Source: Giardia intestinalis
Taxonomy: Eukaryota
DNA length: 64,000 bases
Strand: one strand, 5' to 3'
Assembly: GCA_000002435.2 (NCBI GenBank)
Contig: CM018793.1
A model generated the notes under the pieces. It had not been told where the DNA came from, ran no database searches, and saw only the letters and a list, made by a program, of their open reading frames with translations. Shown here in pieces: positions 1 to 9,522 of the stretch. The position numbers and the translations under genes are program-made. The number at the start of each line of letters is the position of its first letter. The stretch's first letter is position 1.

Positions 1-2163
1 GCCAGAGTACGTCATGTGGATCCCTGCCTCGTGCTTCGCGTCTGCGGCCAGATTCCTCAGTCCTGTGCTGGCTCTTTGGAGCTCCCTGAAGCAGCTCCAT
101 AGCCGTGTCTTTCTGGCCTCCAACTGCTGGATGCTTGCAGTGTTGTTGTTGTACTTCTCAAGAAGCTCGCAAAAATCACTTATGAACTGCACTTTGTCTT
201 CTATCTCATTACACAGCAGACTCTCCTTCCGCCAGAAATCAATCATTTTGTCTATTTTGCCCAGATCAGTGTCTTTGCTGGATAAAACTGCAAAAAGGTC
301 CAGCCGCTCCATGATGGGCATCTTCAGCTGCTCCCAGACCTCCACCAGCTGTGCTGTTGTGCCGTTGTCTCCCAGTGGAAGGGCGACGCCTTCTGAAAGA
401 AAATTAGTGTAGGACTCCAGCTCTGAGACCTTGAATGGGTTGTCTCCTGTAACGGCGAGATCCAGTTCTGATAATACCTCATCGATAAGAGGCGCTACCT
501 GCAGCTCTCTGTGAGCCAGGGGGTGTAAGAAGAGGCGGGTTGAGGCCATCTCATATAGTGCCATGGTCGCTATCCTTGGATCGAGGTCCTTGTCAACATT
601 TGCTTCGTGGTACTTGGAGAAGAACGATAGCAAGTGTTCATTATCTAATACACACTCCTTAGCGGCAACATAATTATCTAGCCTTTGTACGGCTGCTATC
701 TGGTCATACTCCTCCTTGTCGAGGAATGTTGTGGGCTTTCTGGCCCGCGCTGGGATCTCCGCGCCCTCTGCTATCTGCTTACTTATCTCGGCGTCATACT
801 GATTCATCATGCGTTGCATCTGTTGTGCCGTAAGATCATTTGATGGCTGATATCCTTTTTTATTGAGATTCACGTATGCGTCAGACGCGTGGCCCTTAGA
901 GACCCTTTTGAGCTCCTCCTCGTTTGCTTTGTGCTCCTCAAATACTGCATGTAATTCAGTACGCCTGTTAACAATTGCCCTCTCACAATCCTCAATGTAC
1001 TTGCTAACGGCTGTGCCAAATTCAGAAGACATATAGGCTATTTCCACGTCTGTATTCTTATGCTTATATGGAGCATGTATTTCTGCCTTTAGTAAATCGA
1101 TAGCTTCTCCCAGAGAAATCGACTGTAGTGCCTTCAGCTTCCCACTCAAGAGCAGGTTATCGACCTCCTCCTCAATCTGTGGCCGTGACAGGTCCGATAT
1201 CTTGAAGTTAGCAGAGGAGAGCATGTTGTCTTTCCCATGCTTTTCTAGGAACTTGCACAGGCAATTACCATAAATGCAGTTGTCCGATGTGAAACCAGAA
1301 TTATTACTATCATCGACGCCATCATCCTGTGGCTCGCTTGACGCCAAAATCAGCCGTGCTATCTCCGTTGTTGGCCTCAGCTGCAAGAAAGAAGAAGAGC
1401 GTAAGCTGGCAATGAAGTCCTTACCAAACGACGTAGCCAACTCTGCTGGTATTCCGTTAATAATGCTATGAATGAGCTGCTTTGTTGTGGCATTCTCGTC
1501 TGTTCTGACCTGTTCAAAGTGAGTCGGACTGTACGGTCGAATAGGAAGAAAGGGCATGTAGTTAAGGGCATCATCGGGTTCCGTCTCATGGCTATTCTTG
1601 GACTCCTTCTTATCCTCATTTGGGGCCTTGATCACACGCGCCTCTCCTGTGATTATGCTCTTGCTTCTATCAATGTCCACCCGCTGATCGAGGTATGCGC
1701 CAGCTGTCCGTCCAGAGGCTACCTTCTCCTTCATCTCGTATAGCTTGTTAACGGGAACCATGCCGAGGGCCATGCTCAGACCGGCGTCCCGATAGTCTGC
1801 TTTATTGTCCACGTCGAAGAGAAGGCGACTTATGTCGTCAATGTCTCCGCCAGTTCTAGTGGAAATTATGCCAGCAGTTACCCTTTTCCTCAACTCTTCA
1901 TGTGCCAACTTCTGCATATCCTGTTCTCGCTGGGCGTTGAGCTTCACTGGATCTGGAAGAGATAACCGTGCTACCTGAGCATTATCCTCCTCAGACAAGG
2001 GAAGCACATTGGATCCCAAATGGGGCTCTTCGACCACAGACAGGTCAACGAGATCCTGCTTTAAAATGCTCGGCTGTGTAATCTTGGAGTCAGTTTTTCT
2101 AGCCTTGATAATATCTGCAGCCAGTTTCTGTGTGTATGTTTGCTCTGTGTACCCATCTGCCAT
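1..2163 (-). CDS. hypothetical protein (N-terminal ~720 aa in window; C-terminus continues beyond window start)
   Basis: Manual translation of the minus strand gives an uninterrupted ORF from ATG at 2163..2161 (complement) down to position 1 (MADGYTEQTYTQKLAADIIKARKTDSK...). It is absent from the ORF track only because no stop lies in the window. The 14..412 + track ORF is antisense to it. No recognisable domain. Confidence 0.6.
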   Translation of the reverse strand, partial: MADGYTEQTYTQKLAADIIKARKTDSKITQPSILKQDLVDLSVVEEPHLGSNVLPLSEEDNAQVARLSLPDPVKLNAQREQDMQKLAHEELRKRVTAGIISTRTGGDIDDISRLLFDVDNKADYRDAGLSMALGMVPVNKLYEMKEKVASGRTAGAYLDQRVDIDRSKSIITGEARVIKAPNEDKKESKNSHETEPDDALNYMPFLPIRPYSPTHFEQVRTDENATTKQLIHSIINGIPAELATSFGKDFIASLRSSSFLQLRPTTEIARLILASSEPQDDGVDDSNNSGFTSDNCIYGNCLCKFLEKHGKDNMLSSANFKISDLSRPQIEEEVDNLLLSGKLKALQSISLGEAIDLLKAEIHAPYKHKNTDVEIAYMSSEFGTAVSKYIEDCERAIVNRRTELHAVFEEHKANEEELKRVSKGHASDAYVNLNKKGYQPSNDLTAQQMQRMMNQYDAEISKQIAEGAEIPARARKPTTFLDKEEYDQIAAVQRLDNYVAAKECVLDNEHLLSFFSKYHEANVDKDLDPRIATMALYEMASTRLFLHPLAHRELQVAPLIDEVLSELDLAVTGDNPFKVSELESYTNFLSEGVALPLGDNGTTAQLVEVWEQLKMPIMERLDLFAVLSSKDTDLGKIDKMIDFWRKESLLCNEIEDKVQFISDFCELLEKYNNNTASIQQLEARKTRLWSCFRELQRASTGLRNLAADAKHEAGIHMTYSG

Positions 2164-2208
2164 CAGTGAAGCGGGCTTTAAAATTATAGCATTTCGGAAA
2201 AGTGGCAA
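2164..2208. promoter_or_regulatory. 45-bp divergent intergenic/initiator region (AT-rich 'aaaattatagcatttcggaaaagtggcaa') between two head-to-head ATGs
   Basis: ATG of the minus-strand gene is at 2163 and ATG of the E2 gene is at 2209. The AT-rich core is typical of minimal diplomonad initiators. Confidence 0.4.
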
Positions 2209-2742
2209 ATGAGCTCCAAGACTCAGAAATCCTCACCTACAGAATCGCAAATAATTATCAATCGAAAGCTTCTATGGGAGCAGAAGAATCCTGACCCTTA
2301 TTATAAGCTCCGTCTTACAAATAGTGGCGACCTCTACAGAATCCACTTCTCTTGCAGAGGCCCGAAGGGCACCGTGTTTGAGGGCGGTATCTATCACGGT
2401 GTGCTTGTCCTGCCACCTTCCTTTCCGTTTAAGCCACCAGACCTGATGATGATCACCCCAAGTGGGCGCTTCGAGATTAACAAGAAAATCTGCTTCTCAT
2501 ATACATCGTACCATCCCGAAACGTGGTCTCCGGCGCTGAACTTCAAGCATATCATCATCGGATTCCTCAGTCTCTTCAACGAGTATAGTGAGAGTGCCAT
2601 AGGAATGATCACTACTATGGATAGGCCCACAATCGATAGATACAAAGAGGCGAATATGAAGTTTACATGCTCAGAATGTGGCATGTGCCACTCATCTATC
2701 TTGCGGGAGCTTGAGGAGCTGGAGAAGAGCAAGGGATGCTGA
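2209..2742 (+). CDS. ubiquitin-conjugating enzyme E2, Ubc6/UBE2J-like
   Basis: 177 aa. 'GGIYHGVLVLPPSFPFKPPDLMMITPSGRFEINKKICFSYTSYHPETWSPALN' aligns with the UBE2J core '[48 protein letters not shown]', including the catalytic Cys. Real ATG at 2209. No C-terminal TM anchor. Confidence 0.85.
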   Translation: MSSKTQKSSPTESQIIINRKLLWEQKNPDPYYKLRLTNSGDLYRIHFSCRGPKGTVFEGGIYHGVLVLPPSFPFKPPDLMMITPSGRFEINKKICFSYTSYHPETWSPALNFKHIIIGFLSLFNEYSESAIGMITTMDRPTIDRYKEANMKFTCSECGMCHSSILRELEELEKSKGC

Positions 2743-2904
2743 CGGTTTAAGGGTTTATCTTTAGCATCCTTCAAATATATGCGACTGTCCTCTTTCTAGC
2801 GACTATGGTTCCAGAATGACCGCTTTTTGGCCTTCAAAGTGTTTGTCCCGTCTTACTCTGTTTTGTATAAGTATTGCACAGAAAGAAAAACAGGTAAATT
2901 GCTG

Positions 2905-5900
2905 ATGGATTCCAGTATTGGAAGGGTACGCGTCATCCTTCGAATCAGACCCCTCGTTAGGGCGGAGCTCATGGACGGCGGGGGTGTCAGTGTTCAGGCA
3001 CGAGGATCCTCTATATTTCTTCAAAATGACACATCATATATGTTCGATTCTGTACTAGGCCCTGAGTCCTCTCAGGAGGATGTATCTGCAGAGGTGCTGA
3101 ACGGGTTGCTTGCACCATTCATTCAGGGGTACAACTGCACCGCCTTTGCATATGGTCAAACTGGCGCGGGAAAATCCTACACCATTGGGGTGCCGAACCA
3201 GACATCCCTGAGCTATGTGGAGGCGTGTCTTGGAGAAGCCAATAAAGAAAGTCATGCTGGCGCAGATGTAAGCGACGTCGACGTGGACCCTCAAACTAAA
3301 TTTGCGTCTGTCGGCCTTATCCCTCGCTTCATCGTTCAACTCTTTGATGCCTTGGCCAGCATTCAGTCTGTGTGGAAAGTAAGAGTGTCCTTCCTGGAGG
3401 TTTATAACGAGACGCTTAGAGACCTTCTTTCCCCGGAGACAGATTCGTCTTCTTTGTGCATACGCGACTACAAAGGAAAGGTCGTCGTCCAGAACTTAAC
3501 TGAGCGAGAAGTCTCCAGCGCAAAGGATGCCGCTAGGTGCTTTGTTAACGGCGGTATCTTGCGTGTTACAGCCGTCACCGCTATGAATGAGCGGTCTTCT
3601 CGATCCCACAGCATCTTCACGGTCACCCTTGAGCGCGTTCAGGATAATAAGAAGTTTCTCTCCAAGTTTTCCTTTGTTGACCTTGCGGGCTCTGAACGAG
3701 CAAAGAAGTCTGGGGCCACAGGCCTCCAATTCAAGGAGATGGTCGGCATTAACTCCGGGCTGTTGGCTCTAGGAAACGTGATCAGCGCTTTGGCAGCCAA
3801 TCAAGACTCAAGGGAGAAGCGGCATGTACCGTACAGAGACTCTAAGCTTACTAGACTTTTGCAGGACTCCCTCGGCGGCAGCAGCACAACCATAATGATA
3901 GCAAACATAAGCCCGTTCATCGGCAATTTTGATGAGACCAATAGTACTATTCTTTACGCTGCACGTGCACGGAACATAATTAACGTCCCGGTGGCTTGCC
4001 ACGAGGAGCTCAACCTTGGCCAAGCACAGGATCAAGTGCGCCAGCTTATCAAGGAGCTTGAGAAAGAGAATCTAACGATGAAGGCAGATCTTGACCGAGT
4101 CAGAAAGCAGCGAGATGACCTGCGAGGTGAGATAGAGATCCTTGAGGCACAGCTTTTAGAACGCAATGCAAGACTAATTACAATGGCCAAGGGTGCCGCT
4201 CTCGAGCCTTCAACCCAGCAGGCTTTGGGTAGCAATCAGCTGGACAATCTAGGAAATCTGAGTGTGAATGCTGGAGTCAAAGAGATACCTGAAGTTGTGC
4301 GAGAGCTCGTGCGTAGTAACTGTATTGCCATTGAACAAGAGTTTGGCACGTTTTATGCGCCCAAAAAGATTCAGACCATTAGATTGCTGTTAGATTTATT
4401 AACAGATTACATTTGTAAGACGTACCCTGTCGATAACAGTAATTACAATGATGTATTCAAGGCACTTGTTAATCAAAATGTTATAAGTTCACTGAAAAGT
4501 GCCAATGCGCGTAGCTCAACTGGCACGGGAGGCAAAGCTGCTGGGCCGTCTTTTACAAAAAAGAAGGCATCTAGCTCAAAGCAGCTGCTAACCAATGAGC
4601 ATAACAGCGCAATGTTTTCCGATACCGTGGTTGCCACACTTATTGATGCGTTACTGCTACTTAGAAAGGCTGGGTCGGCACCGCTTAATAAGCGCAAGAA
4701 GCAGCCTCGTAAAAGCTCAAGGGCTGCGCTTAGAGAACACTCTAAACTAGATAATCAGCAGGGCAATACCGAGGCACCGTCAACCAACGGCGTGCTGTCA
4801 GAACAACTCTCGAAAGAGAGTGTAATCTTTACCAACACGTCTTCCTCTACTTCCTTGCTGAAAGTCAGCATGCTGGACAAGAGTACAAGCAGCGACGTGT
4901 CTCCAGTCAATGTGAGTGAGTTCTTGGATCGATCGCTATATGAACATAACAACAAGGGCGAAGGAGATGAAGAACAGCAAGATGTATATGACTTAGCCTA
5001 CAGGGATATAGTTGATAATACAAGGAATGTCCCGGAGGGATCTGCAGCGCTGACAGCGATTAAGGATCTGATAAAACGCCTCATATCTAAAGAAGCGTGC
5101 CCAGAAGAGATATACCACTCAACTGTCACCGCTATGATGGCACTCCAGAAGCAGCAAGAGCATATTCTTGAGCTAGAGGGTCAAATGACATACATACAGC
5201 AGAAAGTGCAGGGGAAAACTTGTGACGAGAATGTAATCGAGTTGAGAACCCGCATAAAAACCTTAGAGGAAGAGCATAGAGTTGCTCTCGAGGAACTGCG
5301 CACAAAGGAACAAGTTCAGCTGGCGATGAATCAGGTACAAGCGCGATTCCAGTCAATGATAGAACGGTATAAGAAGGAGATTATCGAAAAGACACGAGCA
5401 TGTGAGGAGGCCAACAGGCTCCTTAAGTCACAAAGGATGAACCAATCGTTCAACGAAACCCCAATCAAGCCAAAGAGGCCAGGAAGCAATCGTCTCAGTA
5501 TGGGTCAGATGCATGCACACAGACGTGTGCAGTCGAACACCGAACACGCATTTGCAATGATAGACTCCGGCTATGCACCAGCAGTTCATGCCAAGCACGC
5601 ACACCATCTGTCCTCAGTTAATATGACGGATTGTAGGCCAAAAAGCAAAAAAGATATCGGTCAGAGTCACCAGAAACTAGGCAACAGGGACACTAAGCTG
5701 GCTGAACTAGATAGAAAGCTAGAAGATCTGCAATCTCTCTATGCTTATAATGCTAAAAATGAGGAAGTACTAAGGAACAGGGTAGAGGAGCTAGAAGCGG
5801 AGAGAGATAGCCTGGCGAGCGAGAAGCTTTCTCTCCAAAAGAGATTGTCACAACTTGAGCAGGACATAAAGATGCGTGTGGTTTCTCCAGTTAGAGCATC

Positions 5901-6075
5901 TGTGGAGGGAGTGCCACAACTCCGGAGACAACTCCAGCAGCAGCCCCGTCCTCGACAATCCTCAGGTGCAAGTGGTACTCCCCAGGCAGCTAACCAGAGA
6001 GAAAGAAATCCTGATGAGCTGAAGGGGTTACAGCTGCAAGGGCTGCCGATGCTTGGAGCACGTCAGAAAAGCTAG
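2905..6075 (+). CDS. kinesin motor protein (N-terminal motor, long C-terminal coiled coil)
   Basis: P-loop GQTGAGKSYT, switch I SSRSHSIF, switch II DLAGSER, and 'HVPYRDSKLTRLLQDSLGG' neck-proximal motif. Track start 2827 is TTG. The first in-frame ATG is 2905 (MDSSIGRVRVILRIRPL...), preceded by an AT-rich initiator. The coiled-coil-rich tail runs to the TAG at 6073-6075. Confidence 0.9.
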   Translation: MDSSIGRVRVILRIRPLVRAELMDGGGVSVQARGSSIFLQNDTSYMFDSVLGPESSQEDVSAEVLNGLLAPFIQGYNCTAFAYGQTGAGKSYTIGVPNQTSLSYVEACLGEANKESHAGADVSDVDVDPQTKFASVGLIPRFIVQLFDALASIQSVWKVRVSFLEVYNETLRDLLSPETDSSSLCIRDYKGKVVVQNLTEREVSSAKDAARCFVNGGILRVTAVTAMNERSSRSHSIFTVTLERVQDNKKFLSKFSFVDLAGSERAKKSGATGLQFKEMVGINSGLLALGNVISALAANQDSREKRHVPYRDSKLTRLLQDSLGGSSTTIMIANISPFIGNFDETNSTILYAARARNIINVPVACHEELNLGQAQDQVRQLIKELEKENLTMKADLDRVRKQRDDLRGEIEILEAQLLERNARLITMAKGAALEPSTQQALGSNQLDNLGNLSVNAGVKEIPEVVRELVRSNCIAIEQEFGTFYAPKKIQTIRLLLDLLTDYICKTYPVDNSNYNDVFKALVNQNVISSLKSANARSSTGTGGKAAGPSFTKKKASSSKQLLTNEHNSAMFSDTVVATLIDALLLLRKAGSAPLNKRKKQPRKSSRAALREHSKLDNQQGNTEAPSTNGVLSEQLSKESVIFTNTSSSTSLLKVSMLDKSTSSDVSPVNVSEFLDRSLYEHNNKGEGDEEQQDVYDLAYRDIVDNTRNVPEGSAALTAIKDLIKRLISKEACPEEIYHSTVTAMMALQKQQEHILELEGQMTYIQQKVQGKTCDENVIELRTRIKTLEEEHRVALEELRTKEQVQLAMNQVQARFQSMIERYKKEIIEKTRACEEANRLLKSQRMNQSFNETPIKPKRPGSNRLSMGQMHAHRRVQSNTEHAFAMIDSGYAPAVHAKHAHHLSSVNMTDCRPKSKKDIGQSHQKLGNRDTKLAELDRKLEDLQSLYAYNAKNEEVLRNRVEELEAERDSLASEKLSLQKRLSQLEQDIKMRVVSPVRASVEGVPQLRRQLQQQPRPRQSSGASGTPQAANQRERNPDELKGLQLQGLPMLGARQKS

Positions 6076-8138
6076 GGTTGTGAATCGCCCTCATACGTCC
6101 CCGAGAATAAATATTTAACAGCCCTCTTCAGGCGCTTGAGGAACCCTTGTGGGGGGCCAGGTGAGTCTCGGGAGGAATGGAAATGCTCATTCTCATACTG
6201 AAGCCTGCTATATGCATTCAGGCTTCGGCACACTGTACTCTGAGAACGCGGGGTAATTCTTCTGCTCCCGGGAGTCTCTGGACAGTTTGGTGTGCGGGGA
6301 GAAATAGCCTCAGTTTCATCCTCTGAGTTGTCGAGGCCCATGATACTGAAGTTTTTACTAGAACGACCCGATGTTCTGGCCTTTAGCTCAGCTACCTCAA
6401 CCTGCAGGGCCGAGATGCTTCTCTTGTTGCTACTTCTTTCCTCATCGATCTTAGAGCTGATCTGGTTACATCTCTGCTCGAGGGCCTTCAGGCATGTTCT
6501 ACTGTTCTCCTTAAACTTTTCAAAGTCTCCCGATATTCCTCTGATGTTCTTTTGAACAGAGCGAAGGTTGTACCCCAGAGCAGTCACCTGAGACTCGTTT
6601 TGCTCGAGTAATTGTCTAGTGGCCTCCCACAACTCATCTTTACTGGGCTTCCCTTCTGCTTCTCCACGAGGCAGATTGAGCACCTCACCCAACATACCAA
6701 CGAGCTCCTCAATTCGGTGCTCCTGATTGGATAAAAAATCAGAGATAGTGTCTATGCGCTGTGAAAGTCGCAGGATCGTTTCTTGAATCTCGTACTGACT
6801 AGTTGTGTCATGCTGATAAATACTGTTTTTATTCTTTGTTCTAATTGCATACCCTGGACCAGTTGATCTACCAGGTGCATCAGTGACCGGCTTTGGGGCA
6901 GTTTGGAGATTGGTCACTGACATGGCCGTTGAGTGTACGCGCGACTCACTGTTGAGTGGTGGCTTTTTCAACTGAGAAGTGAGGCTAGTTTCTAAAGAAT
7001 TGTTATAGAACTCCATCAGCTCTTTTAGCTCGCTATCGAATGTGTTGCCCGCCACCTTTGTGTGTTCGAGCTCTTCAATGACCATATGACTATCCCGCAG
7101 TTCGTTGGCGACCGGCGCAGGTGTCATTGCAGGAGTTTTCAAGGAGTTGTTGATAGTACAATCGGAAGGTATCTTCCTAGTAGCAGCTATCATGGATGCG
7201 CTCCCTGACAGCCTAAAGCGCTGTTGGTGGAATCGTGTAATCTCGTCAACCACCTTTGTAAGCCCTAGTGCCCTGGCAAGCTCGAGGGGTGTCTGACCCT
7301 GTTTGTTCTGCAGGGCCTCCTCTGCTTCTATCAGAATGATAGCAGATTCTGCATGATAATTCTGGATTGCTAGTAGGAGTGCTGTGTTGTGGTTATTGTC
7401 CCGATGTCCCGACTCATAGGCTAGTAGTGCTTCAGTTGTCTGTGTACGACCAGAGTAGGCAGCATACATTAGTGCTGTGTGACCTTGGGCATCCTGCAAA
7501 CCTGCCTCTACAGAAATGAGGAGTTTCACCATCTCGACATGCCCGGCCGCGGCCGCAATCATCAACGCTGATCGCCCTGTGACGCTCCTCATGCCTGCCT
7601 CTTGTGAGACGAGCATTTTCCCGCATTGCCACTTGCCGGTCTGTGCAGCAAACATGAGGGCTGTCATCCCACTGTTATCCGTCAAGGATGCCTCCTTGTG
7701 TCGCGCCATATCGACAAGCTCAGTCCACCCTAGGCGGCTCGCTATCATCAGAGCGGTTGCACCGTCCTTTCCTTGCATTCCCGCCTCCGCCTCCAAAAGG
7801 AGCCGAAAGCAGCCGATACTCCGCCTATATACCGAGCTCATCAGAGCTGTCTGTCCACCAGCGTCCTGCATGCACCTTTCGTACGGAAGGAGAAAGGATA
7901 CGATGGCCTCTTGGTTGTTGTAGGCAGCAAACATAAGGGCTGTCTCTCCTGTGTTCACCTGCATTCGCTGCTCCTTTTCTACCAGCAGCCTTACACACTC
8001 AAGATGCCCAGCGCTGGCGGCGAACATCAGGGCAGTCTGGCCGTTTGCGTCGGCTAGCCCCACATAAAGGTGCAAAAGCGCACGCACATCGGCCTCCCTA
8101 CCCTCAAAGGCAGCGACCATCAGCTCGGTTTTACTCAT
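6072..8138 (-). CDS. ankyrin-repeat protein, Giardia 'Protein 21.1'-like, with C-terminal coiled coil
   Basis: 688 aa. There are about 12 tandem ankyrin repeats with the TALM signature (GQTALMFAASAGH, GETALMFAAYNN, GMTALMFAAQTG, GHTALMYAAYSG), followed by a coiled-coil/Ser-rich tail. ATG confirmed at 8138..8136 (complement). Confidence 0.85.
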   Translation of the reverse strand: MSKTELMVAAFEGREADVRALLHLYVGLADANGQTALMFAASAGHLECVRLLVEKEQRMQVNTGETALMFAAYNNQEAIVSFLLPYERCMQDAGGQTALMSSVYRRSIGCFRLLLEAEAGMQGKDGATALMIASRLGWTELVDMARHKEASLTDNSGMTALMFAAQTGKWQCGKMLVSQEAGMRSVTGRSALMIAAAAGHVEMVKLLISVEAGLQDAQGHTALMYAAYSGRTQTTEALLAYESGHRDNNHNTALLLAIQNYHAESAIILIEAEEALQNKQGQTPLELARALGLTKVVDEITRFHQQRFRLSGSASMIAATRKIPSDCTINNSLKTPAMTPAPVANELRDSHMVIEELEHTKVAGNTFDSELKELMEFYNNSLETSLTSQLKKPPLNSESRVHSTAMSVTNLQTAPKPVTDAPGRSTGPGYAIRTKNKNSIYQHDTTSQYEIQETILRLSQRIDTISDFLSNQEHRIEELVGMLGEVLNLPRGEAEGKPSKDELWEATRQLLEQNESQVTALGYNLRSVQKNIRGISGDFEKFKENSRTCLKALEQRCNQISSKIDEERSSNKRSISALQVEVAELKARTSGRSSKNFSIMGLDNSEDETEAISPRTPNCPETPGSRRITPRSQSTVCRSLNAYSRLQYENEHFHSSRDSPGPPQGFLKRLKRAVKYLFSGTYEGDSQP

Positions 8139-8207
8139 ATATCCCTAGCACTGCTGCTGGCGCAGACGCAGGGTTGTTGACCTCTGGATTTCTTCTTTTT
8201 TAGAAAA

Positions 8208-9347
8208 ATGGATGACGTCCCCTCTGTCTTTCTGCAGTCCAGATTCGGCGCCGTCAGTGCACTAACGTTTGATATATTAAACGACATAGACCCAGACATG
8301 GCTATGGGGCTGTATATCGATACGGCCTGCTTTGCAAGCAGAAAGCTCGTAGCCCAGGCCGGATCGCTCAACAAATTCACGGGACAGCACAAACGGCCGA
8401 TTCTCCTAGGTCCGGACAACTGCTCTCATCCGGTCCAAATCAAATCTAAGAAGCATTTCACTCAGGTACAGTATTCAAGCAGCACCGTGTATGAGTACTT
8501 TAATGCAAAAGAGTTTGTGGGTCTCATCAATGATTTGAAGCCGACATTTTTTGTTCTTCCTAATCCCCTGCCTCTTCCTAAAAGTCTAACAGGAGCCTCG
8601 CCAAAGCCATCCGATATTATTTTACATTGCAATGCATCGACTGACTGGCTTGCTATAGCAGACACTGCAAGGAATGCTCTGATAGCAGTCACCGAGGAGA
8701 CTCTCCGCTACAATGACCCGCTGCCAAAGCCAGAGCTGTACGCGAGCTACCTAGATGTTATCAGCAAATCTAAGGGTCCCTTCTTCCTACCGTATCTATC
8801 CCAGCTTCCTGTCATTCGTGACGTCTGTAAAGCCCGTGGATACCCTACTCGCATCGTTGTAGCTTCTGGAAGCACTCTCGTCTCTCTGCTGACGGCCTTG
8901 CAGTATGAATCTGTCAGTGTCATAACTGATATAGTGTCACTGTACTCTGAACAAGGAATAGCCATCACTGTCCCCTTGGATCTCTTTACTAAACAAGTGG
9001 AGGTACAAGAGGACCGGGAGCCCCTGCGTAAGCATACCATTGGCACGGGTGTGTATCCCTCAGAGACTAAAGAGCATCGAATGCTCACCTATCTAGACTC
9101 CTCCATGTACGCAACAGACCAGGAGCCTCTAGACAAGACGTGCCCGTGTCTGGGATGTAAGCGACCGAAGGCGTACTTACGCCACCTTTATACCACACAC
9201 GAGCTGACAGGATTACTTCTAGTAGCTGCACACAACGTAACGTGGATAAAGCGATTCCTACTTCTTCGGCAGAGGTGCCTCGAGCTGCACGGACCCAGCT
9301 TGCTGAGTGAGTTAGTTCGCAGTATGCTGAGTGCTCTAGCACATTAG
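8208..9347 (+). CDS. queuine tRNA-ribosyltransferase (TGT)-family protein, likely non-catalytic accessory subunit (QTRT2-like)
   Basis: 379 aa. The C-terminal Zn motif 'TCPCLGCKRPKAYLRHLYTTHELTGLLLVAAHNV' matches the TGT-family 'CxCxxC...YIHHLL..NELL...LL..HN' zinc subdomain. The N-terminus lacks the catalytic-subunit TPxFMPVGT-type motifs. ATG at 8208. Confidence 0.55.
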   Translation: MDDVPSVFLQSRFGAVSALTFDILNDIDPDMAMGLYIDTACFASRKLVAQAGSLNKFTGQHKRPILLGPDNCSHPVQIKSKKHFTQVQYSSSTVYEYFNAKEFVGLINDLKPTFFVLPNPLPLPKSLTGASPKPSDIILHCNASTDWLAIADTARNALIAVTEETLRYNDPLPKPELYASYLDVISKSKGPFFLPYLSQLPVIRDVCKARGYPTRIVVASGSTLVSLLTALQYESVSVITDIVSLYSEQGIAITVPLDLFTKQVEVQEDREPLRKHTIGTGVYPSETKEHRMLTYLDSSMYATDQEPLDKTCPCLGCKRPKAYLRHLYTTHELTGLLLVAAHNVTWIKRFLLLRQRCLELHGPSLLSELVRSMLSALAH

Positions 9348-9365
9348 GTACTCGCCGCACATGTT

Positions 9366-9372
9366 AGTAAAG
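9366..9372 (+). promoter_or_regulatory. possible polyadenylation-type motif AGTAAAG, 19 nt after the stop of 8208..9347
   Basis: Near-match to the diplomonad AGTRAAY 3'-processing motif; the last base deviates. Confidence 0.25.
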
Positions 9373-9522
9373 AACCCTTGCCATGTTTGTTATCACACTG
9401 TGTGACTTCAATCCATAGTTCCCGGTGGAATCGTTGCTCTGGTATCAATTGTGACCACAGCTCCTTGGATAGTCGATGCACTTGGGTGTCGCAACCCACA
9501 ATCTTCCCGAGGAAAAAGAAAA

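Noticed and set aside
14-412. 132-aa plus-strand ORF at the window start
   Set aside because: It is antisense to a continuous, much longer minus-strand reading frame (1..2163). It is Cys/Ser-rich with low complexity and has no initiator context.
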